In this document: positions 54,119 to 56,332 of the stretch, one piece after another
Numbering within the stretch: the stretch's first letter is position 1
Layout of the letters: the number at the start of each line of letters is the position of its first letter
NCBI GenBank assembly: GCA_964440955.1
Contig: CAYTTP010000003.1
Span: 1-56,332, forward strand
Length of the DNA: 56,332 nucleotides
Source: an uncultured Candidatus Saccharibacteria bacterium
GTDB lineage: Bacteria > Patescibacteriota > Minisyncoccia > Phycocordibacterales > WO2-35-19
Direction: 5' to 3'
Program-made: the position numbers and the translations under genes
The notes under the pieces: generated by a model
Database searches by the model: none
Seen by the model: only the letters and a program-made list of their open reading frames with translations
What the model was told of the DNA's origin: nothing

Positions 54119-54656
54119 CTCCGACGAGATAGCCCGCTAATACATCGGAGAGATAATGGACTCCAAGGTAGAGCCTGCTTAGACCGATCAAAAATATCAA
54201 GGTAGTTAGAAAAATTATCATTTTGTTTTTGAGATGATGTTTTTCGTGCTTGCCTGTCGTAGCTTGAAGAGAGGGAGGAGCGAAGTCGGGTTTCCAAATA
54301 AGAGAAATCAAAAAGCCATAGAGGGCGATTGCGATCGCGCTATGCCAACTTGGAAAGGAATGTGTACTTTCAAAATAAAATGCTCCAAGTGGTCGAGTGC
54401 GCTCAAAAAATTCTTTTAAAAAATAAACTGAAAAAGAACTACCGACAATTGAAACAATCAATCCCCATATCTTGTAAGTGTGTTTGTGTATAAACAAGGA
54501 AAGGGAAGTGAGGATGGTCACGATCGCGACTACTGTGTACCCAGCCGAGTAAGTAACAATAAGCATGAGGGCAGAGAGCCATTCGCTTTGATGATTTATA
54601 AAAAAATGCAACACTACTTGGTCAATAAAATACATTACATTTATTATATACCACAA
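54072..54656 (-). CDS. PAP2-family phosphatase (undecaprenyl-diphosphatase-like)
   Basis: PAP2 motifs: ERTRP, SFPSWHS, SRLYLGVHYLSDV. Six TM helices. Confidence 0.8.
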   Translation of the reverse strand: MWYIINVMYFIDQVVLHFFINHQSEWLSALMLIVTYSAGYTVVAIVTILTSLSLFIHKHTYKIWGLIVSIVGSSFSVYFLKEFFERTRPLGAFYFESTHSFPSWHSAIAIALYGFLISLIWKPDFAPPSLQATTGKHEKHHLKNKMIIFLTTLIFLIGLSRLYLGVHYLSDVLAGYLVGAIWLWIALGVSKSKI

Positions 54657-54729
54657 TGGTTGCCTAAGGGGTGATGTTTCTGGTACAATGCTCTCGTTCT
54701 TTGAAATTCCAAAAATTAGATTTTTTTGC

Positions 54730-55061
54730 TCCGGGATAGCTCAGCGGTAGAGCGAGCGACTGTGTCGTGACGCAGCTTCCAAAAGAAATTTTGGTTGAAA
54801 AACGAGGTGAATTCGGGGGAACCCCAAGTGGGCAATCCCGAGCCAATCCTAAATTAAAGAAAGATATTGTTGTGTAAAAACTTTAATTAAGGCAGGTGTA
54901 GAGACTATTCCGAAAGGAAGTACTTACTCCGTATTTCGGAGTCGGGAAGCGCCTCGCTCCTAATAGCCAATTTGGTTAAAGGAGATGATATAGTCCATAC
55001 TTCTAGTAATAGAAGAGAATATGTAATCGCTTGGTCGTAGGTTCGATCCCTACTCCCGGAG
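54730..55061 (+). tRNA. tRNA-Asn(GUU) interrupted by a group I intron in the anticodon loop; no CCA encoded
   Basis: Exons 54730-54763 and 55024-55061 join to give acceptor TCCGGGA/TCCCGGA (U1:A72, G73 as in tRNA-Asn), anticodon arm AGCGA-CTGTTAA-TCGCT, T arm GTAGG-TTCGATC-CCTAC. Confidence 0.85.
54764..55023 (+). ncRNA. group I intron (IC3-like), 260 nt, no ORF
   Basis: The 5' exon ends in U and the intron ends in G. GCAG (54772-54775) can pair with the exon CUGU as P1. The core strings GAATTCGGGGGAACCCCAAG, GAGCCAA and GGTGTAGAGACTA (54895-54907) match the conserved core of bacterial tRNA group I introns. Confidence 0.85.
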
Positions 55062-55077
55062 CAAAGGAATTTAATAT

Positions 55078-55452
55078 ATGACCCTTGAGTATATAGATCA
55101 TATAGTTTTAATAGTTAAAAATATTGAAGAAACTGAGAAGTTTTATTCTTCTTTTCTTGGTAAACCCGAATATCAGGATGAAAACCAAGTTGCCTATAAA
55201 ATTGGAGAAACTAAAATTTTCTTCGGTTTACCTTATGGAGAATATGAGAAATCAGATAAGGATAAAACAAGTTTGAATCACTTAGCTTTCGGAGTAAAGA
55301 CAGGAGAAGAATTGAGAAATATTGAGAAAGTTCTAAATGACGCAGGTATACAAAATAGCGGAATAAAAATAGATAAGTATGGTAACAAAGAATTTATATG
55401 GTTTGATGATCCGAGCAGTATTCGTTTAGAGATTTATTGCAGGCCAGAATAA
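55078..55452 (+). CDS. VOC (glyoxalase/bleomycin-resistance/dioxygenase) family protein
   Basis: IDHIVLIVKNIEETEKFY and LNHLAFGV motifs. Confidence 0.75.
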   Translation: MTLEYIDHIVLIVKNIEETEKFYSSFLGKPEYQDENQVAYKIGETKIFFGLPYGEYEKSDKDKTSLNHLAFGVKTGEELRNIEKVLNDAGIQNSGIKIDKYGNKEFIWFDDPSSIRLEIYCRPE

Positions 55453-55454
55453 TT

Positions 55455-55988
55455 ATGAATAAAACTAACCTCGAACTAAAACATTACTGTAAGGACTTCA
55501 CTAAGATTAGAACTGTTTTGAAAGGAATAGGAGCTAAAAAGGTTATGGTCAAAAACCAAAAGGATTATTTCTTTAATTTGCCTGCTATAAATAAAGCTAA
55601 ATCTCCAAGGTTAAAATTGAGGATTGAAAATAAAAAACAATATCTTATTTATTATGAAAGACCAAAGTTTGTTAAGGGTAAAGATACAGCTTCTGATATT
55701 AAACTTTATGATGTAAAAGATAAGAAACTTTTACCATTCCTTATTAAATCCCTGGGAACCCAAGCAATCGTCGAAAAAAAGCGAGAAGTTTGGAGAAAGA
55801 CCAACACTGTATTTCATTTGGATACTGTGAAGAGTGTCGGTGGTGTATTTGAGGTAGAACTACAAAAGAAAGGCGGTCTAATTACTGAGGATGACAGAAA
55901 AATCTTCAAATCTTATCAGGATAAATTACTCCCTTTTCTGGGTTCGGTTATAAAAGGTTCTAACGTGGATTTAGTAAATAAGTTATAA
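55455..55988 (+). CDS. CYTH-domain protein (class IV adenylate cyclase/CyaB-like)
   Basis: NLELKHY...QKDYFF...RLKLRIEN...LIYYERP...FHLDTV..VGGVFEVEL pattern. Start chosen at the internal ATG 55455. Confidence 0.65.
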   Translation: MNKTNLELKHYCKDFTKIRTVLKGIGAKKVMVKNQKDYFFNLPAINKAKSPRLKLRIENKKQYLIYYERPKFVKGKDTASDIKLYDVKDKKLLPFLIKSLGTQAIVEKKREVWRKTNTVFHLDTVKSVGGVFEVELQKKGGLITEDDRKIFKSYQDKLLPFLGSVIKGSNVDLVNKL

Positions 55989-56332
55989 CATCCTGAAGTT
56001 TTTCTCTGAGACAAATAGTCTCTATTCTTTCTTCAACTACTTCTTCAAATTTCCCGACTTCATCGATATGAGGATCGGCTCCTTGTTCTGGTTTAAATCT
56101 ACCTACACCTTTTTTACATTTTTAGTTGCAACAGGATTCATGTCTTAAATTAAGCATAATTTACCACATTTTAGGCCTTCAGTAAACGATTTTTCTTATG
56201 CTAAAATATCTTAATCAAGCCATTTTTATAGATATTGACTAATTACTAATAATATGCTAATATATGAATAGTTTAGAAATGTAAATTCTGGGGTGAAGTG
56301 CAACTGCAGTTGCTAATACCTCAGAGTATACC

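Noticed and set aside
55989-56332. A possible minus-strand small ORF, and a promoter-like TTGACT-17-TAATAT (about 56233-56262), at the window end.
   Set aside because: The open frame lacks a usable start codon, because an in-frame TAA precedes it. The promoter has no gene within the window to anchor it.

Overview
The window reads as a chromosome segment from a small, AT-leaning bacterium. It is probably of the CPR/Patescibacteria type. That placement is an inference from a truncated IF-2, tandem small pilin-like genes, many tRNA genes without encoded CCA, and fused or degenerate housekeeping genes.

The backbone is housekeeping: gyrA, clpB, infB-rbfA, murC/murB/murA/murD plus a class IV aminotransferase, rpmG, msrA/msrB, miaA, parB, a rel-type (p)ppGpp enzyme, topA, dprA, serS and dus. 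There are 11 tRNA genes and an unusually long RNase P RNA. I saw no rRNA, no CRISPR array, and no transposase or integrase ORF.

The main non-standard content is:
1. An orphan reverse-transcriptase module at 26.83-28.56 kb. It has a structured leader of about 250 nt, a minimal RT and an unknown 134-aa ORF. The leader carries 13-nt direct repeats exactly 108 nt apart that bound a stop-free unit.
2. A family of 100-170-nt structured elements at tRNA gene ends. Each is flanked by a duplicated tRNA end, and most carry an internal antisense segment matched to that duplicated end. There are seven copies.
3. A roughly 200-nt GC-rich sRNA with a consensus promoter and an intrinsic terminator.
4. A group I intron in tRNA-Asn.
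5. A tRNA-Trp locus with a GIY-YIG gene, palindromic insertions and att-like repeats that bound two small cassettes.
6. An eight-gene array of pilin-like proteins.

All calls come from reading the sequence and the ORF track by eye. RNA ends are approximate, and no database search or folding program was run.
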